Under the pieces are notes generated by a model that was not told the origin of the DNA, did no database searches, and worked only from the letters and a program-made list of their open reading frames with translations. Below are positions 13,070-25,228 of a stretch of DNA of 64,000 nucleotides, piece by piece. Each line of letters opens with the position of its first letter. Position 1 is the first letter of the stretch. Origin of the DNA: Camelus ferus. Its lineage: Eukaryota. The translations under genes and the position numbers were made by a program. The stretch is taken from the NCBI RefSeq assembly GCF_009834535.1, contig NC_045697.1, positions 43,278,001 through 43,342,000 on the forward strand, written 5' to 3'.

Positions 13070-13248
13070 GATACTTTTTCTTGTCATTCTAACATGTATC
13101 TTCTTTTCATATTTTAAAATCTCTGATTGAAATCAGAAATGTCTTCTAATCAATGGTGAGTCAGTTTAATTGGCAGCATTATTTTTATTTCTTAATGGAA
13201 CATTAGTGAGACATATAATTGATGAAGTCTTAGAATTGATGAAATATA
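13070..13248. mobile_element. MER104-like TcMar-Tc2 non-autonomous DNA transposon
   Basis: attttaaaatctctga...agtttaattggcagcatt...gtcttagaattgatgaaata matches recalled MER104. Confidence 0.7.
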
Positions 13249-14420
13249 TTAAGTGGTTTTCATGAACAAGAGCAGATATTGTCATAGAATACTCGAGAGT
13301 TCCATTAAGTGGCCATTGGAAGGCACTGAGTGTTCCACCATGGGACAGCAGAGCCCACGTCTGGCCATTGCATACCATTTTGCCATTGTTTTAGTCAATA
13401 TTTTAAGGTAAAAGAGCCTGTTACAGATTTTGGTGGCAGAATATGCCTCAGTTTAATAATAATATAATTGGGAAGAGGGTTACATAGGGTAGCAACTTTT
13501 TTGAATATATAATAATAATTTCCATAGAAATCCCCAAGGAATATGTACTATAAAGCATAAAATAATGGCCTTATCTTCTGAGATAAGCATAGTAAACTTA
13601 ACAGGGATTAATAGACTGCTTTATTGTCACTTGACAACTTCCATTACCAAATTCACCATAAAACTAAATTATATATCTCCAGGAAAACTCAATCAATATC
13701 ATATCCAAGTCATGGTGTTATTTTATGTAACTTCAAGCCAGCAATAAATATCTTTTGATTTTTTGATTTGCTCTAAGTGTTTGAAATCAAGTGAAATACT
13801 ACCTATAAAGCAACTAGTTGACGTCTTCCATTTTATTCTTTGAATTCAGTTCTCTCAGGAATTTTTTTAACTTGAGAAATTTCTAGCTGTAGTCTTACTT
13901 TTTTCAACTTATGCAGGAACATAATGACAGTATCACATGTAGTGTTTATAAATGGATTAAAAAAATGAGCTTCATCTTTGGCATGAGTGATCTCTGCCAT
14001 AAAACACAAAAGATTGTTATAGCAGTAAAGATTTTGCAGTAATGAGACAAGTCACTGAGAAAAGTGTTGAATTATCCTTTCTTTCAAATAGATTTACTTT
14101 TCATATCTATTACTTAGGATTTATCTACTATAGTTAGGGAGAAAAAGTGAGTTCTAAACCTCAAGCTAAATCAATACTATGTTTAAGTTCAATGATAGAC
14201 ATTCATTTATAAAATTCTCTAGTAGGTGGGACACTCAGAAACAAAGAATAAAGTTTGTCTTCTGGGAATGAAGTAACCTACATAAGAATTGGGCAGATCA
14301 GACAGATTCCAAATTAATAATGCACTATGCTCTTTCTTAAGTATGTTCAGACATGGGGAGTAAAGAAGGATTTTTCTGCTAAGCTAAAAAGCAGTCATAA
14401 AGCACAATAAACTAAGACTC

Positions 14421-15138
14421 TTCCTCCACTGTTGGTGGGAATGTTGTTTGGTGCAGCCATTATGGAAAACAGTATGGAGATTACTCAAAAAACTGAAAAC
14501 AGATTTGCCCTATGATCCAGCAATCCCACTCCTGGGCATATATCGGGAGGAAATCTAATTTGAAAAGATACATGCACCCCAGTGTTCATAGTAGCAGTAT
14601 TTACAGTAGCCAAGACATGGAAGCAACTTAAATGTCCATCAACAAATGACTGGATAAAGAAGTTATGGAATGCTACTCAGCAACAAAAAAAAGAACAAAA
14701 TAATATCATTTGCAGAAATGTGGATGGCCCTGCAGATCACCATTCTAAGTGAAGTAGTCAGAAAGAGAAAGAAAAATACCATATGCTATCACTTTTATGT
14801 GGAATCTAAAAAGGGACACAAATGAACTTACTTACAAAACAGAGACAGACTCACAGACAAAGAAAATAAATCTATGGTTACCAGTGGGGAAAGAGGATGA
14901 GGAGGAATAAATTGGGGGTTCAGGATTAGCAGATACAAATTATTACGTATAAAATTGATAAACAACAAGGTCCTACTGTATAGCACAGGGAACCATATTC
15001 AATATCTTGTAATAGCCTATAATGAATAAGAATATGAAAAGGAATATATATGTACAACTGATTACTATGCTGTACATTAGAAATTAACACATTGTAAATT
15101 GACTATACCTCAATATAAATAAATAAATAAATAAAAAA
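14421..15138 (+). mobile_element. Young camelid-type L1 3' end, 5'-truncated, with (AAAT)n tail
   Basis: cactgttggtgggaatg...tatgatccagcaatcccactcctgggcata...aacaaggtcctactgtatagcacaggg...gactatacctcaatataaataaataaataaataaaaaa. Confidence 0.92.
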
Positions 15139-15639
15139 TCTGTCCTTAATAAAAATTAAAGTAACAGTAGAGTTGGATGAAATTGTACTCAGTTAATAGC
15201 AAAAGATTACCATTCTTTGAAACCAAGATCAAATTCAAGAAAATCGGAATTCCAGATTCTTTTGTAATTTGGATAATTATCTAAATGGATTTGAGTTCTG
15301 TGATTACTATATGGATTATCCTAATCGTAGTTATCATTGCTCATTAATGTACTCACTGAAAATATTTGATATTTAAAATAACTGGAGTAGCATTTCTGAT
15401 ATTTGCTGTGCTCTTTCTCCTTAGTAGGTATATTTTAAGGATGTATGTGTGTGTGTTTAGCTACATTAACCATGTGAAGATAACAACTCTATCCACCACT
15501 GAAAACCCACTTGATTTCCCCCCCAACCATAGAGTCACGGACAAATGACTAGTTCAATTAAAACTTTCTGATATATGTTTTATGTTAGGACTCTTCTCTT
15601 GACTCAATAGCATTCTCTTATGTGTGTTCTTATCCAAAT

Positions 15640-15745
15640 TACTTAGTTTTAACCTACTTAGGTTCATGCCCCTCTTTGGAATTATGATGAAATCTAAGGA
15701 CACGTTCCCTTCAGAAATGCTTGTAAGTTCACACAGATTGACTCT
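15640..15745. mobile_element. MER117-like fragment
   Basis: ggttcatgcccctctttggaattatgatgaaatctaaggacac...cagaaatgc. Confidence 0.5.
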
Positions 15746-15829
15746 CTACACAAACTCAGTGGGGGTGTGGCATTTAACATAATGCAAGAGACAGGTGAGA
15801 TGAGAATGATGGGTCTATGGGCACATGGA

Positions 15830-16025
15830 CAACACGTTCACTTGTTTTTTGCCATGTGTGAATGTAGCACAATTGTAGTCCTTTTGCTCTAAGAAAAGAA
15901 AGAAATTCAGACCTCATGTGAAATCTCCAGATTTTTGAGTGTTGATAACTAATTAATTTTTTAAACATAAGATAGGCCAATCAAACATATTTTAGAGCCC
16001 AGAGAGCTAGTGAGCCTTCAGGCAT
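15830..16025. mobile_element. MER102-like hAT-Charlie fragment
   Basis: gaaattcagacctcatgtgaaatctccagatttttgagtgttgataactaattaattttttaaac...ggccaatcaaaca. Confidence 0.6.
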
Positions 16026-16284
16026 GTGATCTCTTCCCAGGAACTCCAGCAATAGAATTGCTACAACCATTCCTAGGAGAGCCAGTCCCACTTGCCTTCA
16101 AGAGGGGGACGAACTGACAGCAACAGGTTTCAATTCAGTAACTTGTGAGGGATATCGAGGGATTCCTCTAATTACATAGATTTTCTCATAATCTCAAATT
16201 CAAAAACCAATATTTCTGATGTGTTCTGTTCCCACAGGTTCTCCCATCCTACCTCAAATATCTTCCAAATTTCCAGGGTACACA

Positions 16285-16810
16285 CACAATATATATTTAC
16301 TTGGGGTGTATCACTTCCAGGCTCTGTGCTCGGCATTGGACATACAATGACAATAAACACAGCTCTTCCTTTGTGGGGGACCACAGCCTAGTGAAACTAG
16401 AAACATTGTATGACATAAGTGATGTTGTAATAGATTATATATCAAGGTACAATAGAAGCACGAAAAAGAAAGGGGGCAACTCTATGTAGGAATCCATGAA
16501 AGATTTCACAGAAGAGCAAATTCTTGGGAAGAAGTCACCAAGCAGAGAAGGAGAGGATATATGTTCCAGACTGAGGAGGAAATGTGTGAAGGCAAAAAGG
16601 AGGGAAACAGGACAGAGCAACACAAGTGCTTTGGAAAGTAGCAAGAAATTTTATATGGCTAACGTGAAAGTACAGGATTATAGCTACAGAGATGGGTGGG
16701 GGCCTTGAATGCTCTACATGCCATCCTAAGAAGTTGAGTCTTTCCTGTTCAAGATGGTTAGAAGTAGGGTAGTGACATGATAAATTACGGATATTCAAGT
16801 ATGACTCCAT
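16285..16810 (-). mobile_element. L2 3' region
   Basis: ccaggctctgtgctcggcattggacatacaatgacaataaacacag...ggccttgaatgc...ccatcctaagaagttgag is a reverse L2. Confidence 0.75.
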
Positions 16811-18269
16811 ATGTCCCACTTCTTCCTGGCAGTTAGGCACACTGAGTCTCATCACAGGCCATCCCCACTCGGGGTGGCCCATCTGTATACAAAGAAATGT
16901 GTGCAAGCAGCTTGGTCCCACATCCCATGAGGTTTCATTTCCTTGAGGATGTTTTCAAGCTGATGGAACCAAAACAGCAGCAAACTGCATTTTCAGATTA
17001 AGCAGAATTAAGGGAGGAAAAAAAAAAGAAAAGTGAAAACAGGCATATTTGCTGTCAGTGAGAGAAGAAAAGAATAAGTGAAGTTAGTCCACATGGAGAG
17101 ACATTTGAAATGAAACTCCAGAACTGGCCTCATTAGAGAGCCACGAGAACCTGTACCCTTCGCTCCGCCTGGCTACTTCTGCAATAATTTGCTAGTTTTA
17201 TTTAGGAATCTCTCTAGCTGGGGATGGAGTCTCTTACATTTGTCAAGTACCAGCAGTACATAAATGAAATGGCATTATAGAACAACGGACAGATACCTGC
17301 ACCTATGCATATTAGTGATATGCTAACATCTCTCTGTGGTTCAGAATGCATAACGAGCTTTCTCTCTGCCAAGTGCTCAATGTAAGCAAAGGTAACGTGT
17401 GCAATCACACCTTCATAATAAATGCAATCTATTCAGCAAAAACCACCCAGGGTAGCAGGGAAAAGAAATCTTGAAAATGCGTTTATTTTATTGCTTACTC
17501 CTCCATGTGAGTTTTGGCTCCCTACTGGCCACTGATGGAGAGCTAGTTCATGTGACAGGGGGCCTGAAGCTGACTGAAAAGGAACCTATTGTGTTTCTTC
17601 CTTTTTTAAAAAAAATAAATAAATAAACACAGCATTTTAAAAGTCAACTGAGTTCAGACTCTTTCCTCCATGGACATAAATGCATAGTAATAGAGCCCAA
17701 ATCCTTGTCAGAGAGAGGCTGTGTTACAGGAAAGGGGGGAAGAGAGATCGCTGCCAGAACCAAAACCATTCCTTGAATCCCATTCACATCTGAAAACTTA
17801 AGAGCTTTCTCCTCCCTGCCATGTCATGCTTTTCTGCTGCCTACCCAAAAGCATGAGTCTTCTCCATGATTTTTTATCACCATACGAGGGAACCAGTCAC
17901 TTCAGAAACCACAAATGTTTCTGATTATTGCCTGCAAAATCACATGTGGTTGATATCTAGGCTGGAGTTCCCAATAAACCTTATTCTACTGGAGAAGATA
18001 ACTGTAGCCTCACTAGAAATTTGCTTGAAATTTATATTCTAAGGGAGATTGCACAGGTCAAAGAGGAAGGATGCATGATGACATCAACTTAATCTTTCCA
18101 CCTGTTTGCTTTCAGGTTTATTCTAAGAAATGTAATTGCAATCAAATAATATTATAACTAAACATTAATAATACATAATATAATCATACTACATATGTCA
18201 TATATAAAATATCATAGTAATTAATATATTTATATATAATTACATGTTACATAATTATATTGGTAACCA

Positions 18270-19600
18270 ATAGAATAAGCAGACAAAAAAAAAAAACAGT
18301 AAGGATATAGAATTGGACAAGATTAACAAACCTGAACTAATTGACATGACAGTACCACATCCAACGGATGCAACTGACACATCCCTTTCCAAACTCACAC
18401 AGAATATTTTTACCAAATTTTACCAAATGGTTAGCTATAAAGTAGACTTCAAAACATCCCAAAGAATCTTAATCATTTGAATATATCCTGTTTAACACAA
18501 TAGAAGAATTATTTAAAGTAGAAATCATTAATAAAAGAATAACTTTTAAAAACCCAAATGTTTGGAAATTAAACTGAGCACATATAAGAAACTGAAACGT
18601 CAAGGAAGAAATTTCAGTGGAAATTAGAAAGTATTTTTGACTTACAAAAATATATAATATACTGAAACGTGTGGGCTTTAGCTACAACAGTGTATAGAGG
18701 ACAACTTGTAGCCTTATTTACATTTACAAGAAAAGTTGAAACTTAATGATCTAAATATCAATCTCAAAAAGTTAAAAGAGCAGCAAATTTTGTATGAAGG
18801 AGGTAAAAAGGATGAAATTAATAGAGACAACAGCAGAAGTTAACTAAATAAAAACATACTTGCAATAGAGAAAATCAACAAGCTAAAAATTAGTCTTTTA
18901 AAAATAAACCAATGAAAGACAAAATTGATAAATCTAGGAAAGATTGATCAAGAAAAAAAGTAAAAATTATCAGTATCAAATATGAAAAAAGGGATTTACT
19001 TTCTACAGAAAGTAAAGGGTATGCTAACATTCAATAATTCAGATTAAATGGATAAAATCCTAAAAAAAAACACATCTCACCAAAACTGACACAAGAAGAA
19101 AAATAAAATCACAAGAAGAAAAAAAATCATGCATTTTTCCTCTTTGACCTGTGCAATCTCCCTTAGAATACAAATTTCAAATTTTAAACCTTCCCCCAAA
19201 GAAATCTTCAGGCTCAAATGGCTAGTAGTGAACTCTTCTTACCATTTAAGGAAGAAATTAGCACCAATCTTGAACTCCTCCAAAGAATAACAAAATGAAA
19301 ACACTCTGCAATTCATTTTATGAGGCCATTATAAACCTAACATTAAAAGATATCAAGGACATTATAAATAAAGTACAAGACAATTGCTCTCATAAACGTA
19401 GATCCTAAAGAAATACTAACAAATTGAATCTAAGTGATATTTTTTAAAAGATTATACATTATGATCAAATTGAGTTCCTTGCAGGAATGAAAGGATGATT
19501 TAACATTTGAAAATCAATAAACATAATTCACCAGATTCACAAAATAAAGGAGAAAACTCTTATGATCATCAATAGATTTTTCTAAATTAGATTCATACTT
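18270..19600 (+). mobile_element. Old L1 ORF2 internal fragment (EN-RT linker to RT start)
   Basis: aatgtttggaaattaaac, caatagagaaaatcaaca, caaaactgacacaagaagaa, ccatttaaggaagaaatt, aattcattttatgaggcca, caggaatgaaaggatgatttaacatttgaaaatcaat. Confidence 0.85.
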
Positions 19601-20609
19601 ATTTAAGCCACCATAAATAATTCCTACCATCTAATAAGTACATACTCAAAATTATATTTGTTTGTTTTCCTTCCTCTCTGTATTTCATGGCTAGATTCTT
19701 CTGATGCCACTCACATTAATAGGTTAAACTCTACAGAAGATCAGCTATGATCATTTTCATTTAATTCTCAAACACTGCATTTTCCCATTGACTATGAAAT
19801 GATTTCCAAAGTCTCTTCCTTTCCCTGTTATTCAAATTGCTCCACGATATGGCTCAATTTATCTTTTGTGTTTTTTCCCAAGATTCCACCAAGCATTTTA
19901 CATACTTTGATTTGCTTAGTTGAAAAGTGTGTTGGAACCAACGATGAATTCACTGTAGAGAATTTGATGGGCACGTCACCCTTGACCTCTTCCATTGTTC
20001 CCCATATAAATATACACATAAATAAATTCTCTAGAGGAACTGGCATGTTTTCTCCAAATGTGAAATGAGACCTAAGCAATTAACCAGTTTCCCTTTTCAT
20101 ATTGGTCACCAGAAATTTAAAAGTCATATTCAAATCTAGTGACTGTGTAGGATTTTAGAATTTTCTTGTCTGTGTCTATTTCCCTTCTTGTCAGTTTCTT
20201 TGTGTTGGTATTGAACTTTTATTATAATATATATATTTTATCTCCCCATTATTTTCCTTATAAAAATTATTTTTAACAATATTTCTTTTATAAATGGTCT
20301 ATATCCCTCATAGAATGATGTGAAACAGGTATGAAAATATCAAATTCCAATCTGGATGAACATATTTTAAGCTTTCAAATTTCTGGGCCTTTCTTCTTGA
20401 TTATTTTCCTTAACCTAAATTATTCCCACATGACTATCACCACCCTGTTACCTAAAATATTTTTCTCGTTTTACTCTATTGATCAAAATTGCATCCTTCC
20501 TTCAATGCTCATTTTGGATGTTGGCTTTCTCATAAAATTCACTGAAGCAAATGCAATTTGTATGAAGTTCACCTTCAAGTAACAGAAAACTTGTTGAATT
20601 TCTCTTACT

Positions 20610-21005
20610 CTGAACTCCTCCATGTGTTAGCTTTTTCCTCAGACTGGTGTTGAGATGGCTACAGCAGTACCAAACGTCACATCCAGTCATGGCAACATGC
20701 AAAGGAACAAAAGGCATCTATTCCCTCTCTTGCTAGAGGGAAAGGATATGGTTCCCAGAGTCCTCTCCCACAATCATTATTAGCCAGAGTTGGGGCATAA
20801 CCATTCCTGAACTCTGCACAGGAAAGAATAATGGGATTACCATGCATGGCTTAAGCTAACCACCTTAAATCCTCTGGGGCTAGACAGGAGGCCAGTTCCC
20901 CTGGAACCCATGATCATGTGGAGAAAGTGGACAGTAAGCAAAATCAAGATTTGTTAGGAAGAAAAAAGAGGTGAATGAGTATTGGGTAGACCAAGGGTGA
21001 ATTCT
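20610..21005 (-). mobile_element. MLT1K-like MaLR LTR
   Basis: gagatggctacagcag...attagccagagttggggcata...aatgggattaccatgcatggctta...aaaatcaagatttgttaggaagaa...tattgggtagac. Confidence 0.7.
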
Positions 21006-21079
21006 GTCTTCGTGCTCTCTCCTTCCCAGAATTCCCAGGCCATTCTGTTTGTACCTTTCACAACTCACCTTATGTTTTC

Positions 21080-21215
21080 TGTATACTTCCTTCATTTCTG
21101 CTTCCTACCAGCATTGAGTTCTTTGAGGGTAGAGACCCATCTGATTGCCCCACTCAGCAACCTGAAGAGGGGCTGGTCATATTAGCCACTTAATAAGTAT
21201 AGTTCAATTAAATTA
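21080..21215 (+). mobile_element. L2 3' tail
   Basis: ttgagttctttgagggtagagacccatctga...cacttaataagtatagttcaattaaatta. Confidence 0.55.
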
Positions 21216-22724
21216 ATCTCATTTTTCTCCTGGAAGCCTCGGTATAAAAACTATGTCTCTTGGGATTTACGTCCATAGCAGATATTTTTGTGTAGCTTCA
21301 GATTTTGACTTGGAGTGCTTGCCACCCACTGGTCCACACTTATAAAGACGCTGCTCATCCCACCTTGGGTGGAGTAAGTTCTGTGCTTTGATTTTCCCAC
21401 AGAAAAAGCACCCCTCATTTGTCAACATACACTCACTCACCTCGTTCCCTTTTTGATTCATTTGTAGACTGGCTGGCAGGGGCTGAGTGCAAACTGAGGC
21501 TAAAGGACAAAGCCGTTCTCTGTGCAAAGATGACTGGCTCACACCTGGATCAAGCTTGTGGCCCAGGCCTCATTAGCACCATATTCTAATCCTGCAGAGA
21601 GCTCCCCGCTAGACCTCTAAGAGCAGCAGACACTGTGCCCTACAGTGGCCAGGAGGAGCTGGGGAACATCTGGTAGACCATAGGGTGGCTGCAAAATATT
21701 CACTGTTTGAAGAAAGGAATCCCCCCGACCTCGCCAGGCCCCAGAGATACAGCATTTGAAGAAAGACATCTCCTCACTCAAAGCCGTTCTCTTCCCACCC
21801 ACCCTGGCAGCAACAGTAAAACTTTAAATAATCTCAGTGGTTCTTTTCCTCCCACAGCATGAATACAATCTGAGTATAAGCAGGCTGTTGTTCCCAGGAT
21901 CCAATGAAATATTTTATTTATTTCGATTAGAAATCATCCTAATCAGCTCATTTGAAAAAGAGTACCCTGGAATGCACAAACACCACTCTATTCCCTATAA
22001 TAGAAGAAAAGATACATTCTCATGTGGAAGAGAGGCGAAACAAATAAAAAAATTCCTAGCTAAATTCCTGAGAAGCAAACTGAACCAAATTTCCAACAAC
22101 TGCTCTGACTAAAAATACCACTGATTCCATGTTAAAGATACGGGAGCACTTTTACGCATTAATATCTGCCCAGCTGATAGAGGGGGAGTAATCATTATGC
22201 ATTCCCCAAAAGTGTTTGGGGACTAACAAAAAGCAGAAAAATCCTCTGGGGTGCCCACCAAAAAAGATGACTTCTGGGAATGTCAGACTAGAATCAGGAC
22301 CATAAAATTTGTTTGAGAGTTTAGAGTTTAAATCTACACTGCTCCATTCAGCACATCTCTCTGAAGTTGAAGATGCCTGTTTTCTTTGACCCAACAGAAC
22401 ACAGGAAACCAGAGCCAGTGCTAAATTGTTTCAAGGTGGCACTGTGAAACAGGGCTGAGCATGTGTCCCCAACCTGTTTTCTTACTTTGGCTTCCTTGTA
22501 CTACAAAGTCTTCTAGCTTTACTTTTGGACAGCAAGGTTCAGACAAGGGACCTAAAGCAAAAAATAAAAAAAAAAAAGGGGGTTGTGGAAAGATGAATTC
22601 TTATAGGTAACTAAAATTTGTGCTTCTTTGAAAAATATGTTCCATCTGCTAGAGCTGAAACTAGGAAATCTAGGTACCAGTAGTCTAAGAAAAATTAAAG
22701 AATGAAGGAGAAAATGAATATAGT

Positions 22725-22920
22725 TCAGGCTCTAACTGGCACTATGACATTAGATAAGGTACTTAGCCTCTCTGAGTCTCAGTTTCCTTATTCATAATCT
22801 GTAGCAGTAGTTTCTTCTTTGTAATGTAAGGAGGATTAGATGTGGTAACTAGTGTATTTTGTTTAACACAATGCTTAACTGTAATAACCCAAGAAACATC
22901 ATTACTGTAATTATTACAAT
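22725..22920 (+). mobile_element. MIR SINE
   Basis: tacttagcctctctgagtctcagtttccttattcataa core. Confidence 0.75.
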
Positions 22921-23539
22921 GGCTGGGCTTCCTGTTTCCATGGTATTAGGGCTCTTGTCATGGAAAAGGAGTGAAGAGATAGGATATAGCAACTTTAAAC
23001 CTACTGACCACAGAGATATGTCTTGAAAACTAAATCATCCTCAGTAAAAATTTATTCCTTACCAGAGAGACATTATTAACTGGGTCATGGCAAAAAAGAA
23101 GGGAAAAAAAGAAGCCTCCAGCCCTGAGGAAACCCAAATTGTTACTGAAGACAGCAAGTAGCCAGTCAACAGCCCATTATCTTGATAGAGAGATTTAACC
23201 AAAAGCTGGATCCACTGGCTGAAGATCAGAACTGGATCTTGATGAAGCAGCAAGTGGCAATAGCCTGACTGAGGGGAAAGAATCTCCACACCCAGCCCTC
23301 AGCTGAATGTCACAGTGCCTGACCTTGGGGAGGGAACACTCAGACTGCAAAGCCTCATCTAGAGAGCTGGGCTGAGGAAGGTTCAAAGGATACTTGATTT
23401 TCAACGTGCCCAAAGTCAACATTTGGGGAAGAATCCTAGTCTCTCTTCTCCCATGCTCCCCTCTCTTTCTAACACATCTCCTTTATTCACTCGAGTTCCA
23501 GACCCTCCCATACACCACAGACCCAGGCATACGCACTCT

Positions 23540-23780
23540 AAAAATAGCTAACACTCGCATACTACTTACCACGTGCTTGGCACAATTCTAATGTTGTATG
23601 ACTATTAATTCATTTAATGATCAGATCATTTATAGTCCCATTTTTACCTAATAAAACTGAGGTACAGGGAGATTAATTAACTTGCCTAAGATCACAGAGG
23701 TGATAAAGCACAAAGCCACTATTGATGGTGGACAGTCTGGCTCCAGAGTCTGTGATCTTAATACGGTCACTCTGTTAGAT
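23540..23780 (-). mobile_element. MIR SINE
   Basis: cccatttttacctaataaaactgaggtacagggagattaattaacttgcctaagatcacagag...cagtctggctccagagtctgtgatcttaa. Confidence 0.85.
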
Positions 23781-24109
23781 GAAATGTGAAGTAAATACTG
23801 CAAATATTCATAACTCACTCAACAAATATTCATTAAGTCCTGCAAAATTAGATAAAAAACAAATAAATTCTTCAACCTCAAAGATCTTCGAATCTGGTAA
23901 ATATGATAACTTCCATACGTAAATGACTACAATGAAAAGTAACAAGCACTAAGTAATAGTGATTTGGGGTTTCAGGAAAGAAGAAATTACTCCTGTCTGG
24001 GATGAGAAAAGTTTCTATAGAAAAGTCAAGATTTAAGTTTGGACCTGAAGAAAGGGTAAAATTCAAATACTGAGCAATGTCATGAAAAGACATTATAAGA
24101 CAGTCATTT

Positions 24110-24198
24110 TTATTCATCACTGACATGAGAATCACCTGAGAACATTTTTTAAAATACTGATGCTTGAATTAATATTGATTAAAAACACTGATGCCTGA
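24110..24198 (+). mobile_element. MER5A1-like hAT, left half (with local duplication)
   Basis: agaatcacctgagaacattttttaaaatactgatgc matches the MER5A1 left arm. Confidence 0.65.
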
Positions 24199-24442
24199 AA
24201 GAGTTAGTGTCAGAGTGATGACTTGTGAAAAACAGTCCACCAGCCATGGTTGACTTCGAAGATGAAAGGAAGCCACACATCAAGTAATGCAGGAAGCCTC
24301 TAGAAGCTGGAAAGGGCAGGTTCTCCTCGAGAGCCTCCTGAGAGGCATGCAACTCTGCTGACGTCTTGATTTTAGCCTGTGAGACCCATTTTGGACTCCC
24401 AATCTCCAGAATTGTAAGCTAATAAATATGTGGGTTTTTTTT
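24199..24442 (+). mobile_element. MLT1D-like MaLR LTR fragment
   Basis: gcctctagaagctggaaagggcagg...gtcttgattttagcctgtgagacccattttggact...ccagaattgtaagctaataaatatgtg. Confidence 0.85.
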
Positions 24443-24458
24443 AAATACTGATGGCTGA

Positions 24459-25120
24459 GATATCCCTACACATTCACTAGCATGGCTAAAGTTAAACAGT
24501 TAAAAAATGCCAAGCGTTGGTGAGGATGTGGAACAAATGGACTTCTCACATGCTGCTGGTAGGAATGGAAATGGTACAGCCACTCTGAGAAGCATCTACA
24601 AAGGAAGACCTAGACCCACCATATGACCCAGCAATCTCACTCCTGCAAAAATGAAAACATTTGTCCATACAAAGACTGTTGCAAATATCCCTGGGAACAT
24701 TATTCATACCAAATAACTGGAAGCAGTTGGTAAAAAGAGAACAAAATTGTGGCTTAGCCCGCACTATGGAATTCTACTTAGCAATAAAAAGGGGCAACAC
24801 GGATGAGTCTCAAAAACATAAATATGTGATACGTAGAAATAGTCAAACCTAAATGAATACACGTTCTATGATTCCATTTATATGAAATTCTAGAAAAGGC
24901 AAAACTTCGGTGACAGAAAGCAGATCAGTGGTTGCCTGAGGTCAAGTGTCAGGGGAGGGGATCAACCACAAAGGGGTACAAGGAAGCTTAGGGAGACAGA
25001 ACTGTTCCAAGTCTTGACTGTGCTGATGGTTATACCACTGTATACAGTTAACACATTTCATCAGGCTGTATGGTTAAATGGATGAATTTTATTGTACGTA
25101 AATTATACTTTAGTTAGCTG
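24459..25120 (+). mobile_element. L1ME-type ORF2 end plus 3'UTR
   Basis: ccaagcgttggtgaggatgtggaacaa...ccatatgacccagcaatctcactcct...gacagaaagcagatcagtggttgcctg. Confidence 0.85.
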
Positions 25121-25124
25121 AAAC

Positions 25125-25228
25125 CACAGCACAGACCAATTAAATCAGAACCCCTGACAGGTCTGGGCATCAGTGTTTTTTAGCTCCCTAGGAACTTCTA
25201 GTATGCAGCCAGAGTGAAGAGCTGCTCC
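25125..25228 (+). mobile_element. MER5A1-like hAT, right half
   Basis: cagaccaattaaatcagaacccctg...gggcatcagtgttttttagctccctagg...tatgcagccagag. Confidence 0.7.

Noticed and set aside
18145..18265. AT-rich tract as a structured element
   Set aside because: Degenerate (TA/TAA)n low-complexity sequence.
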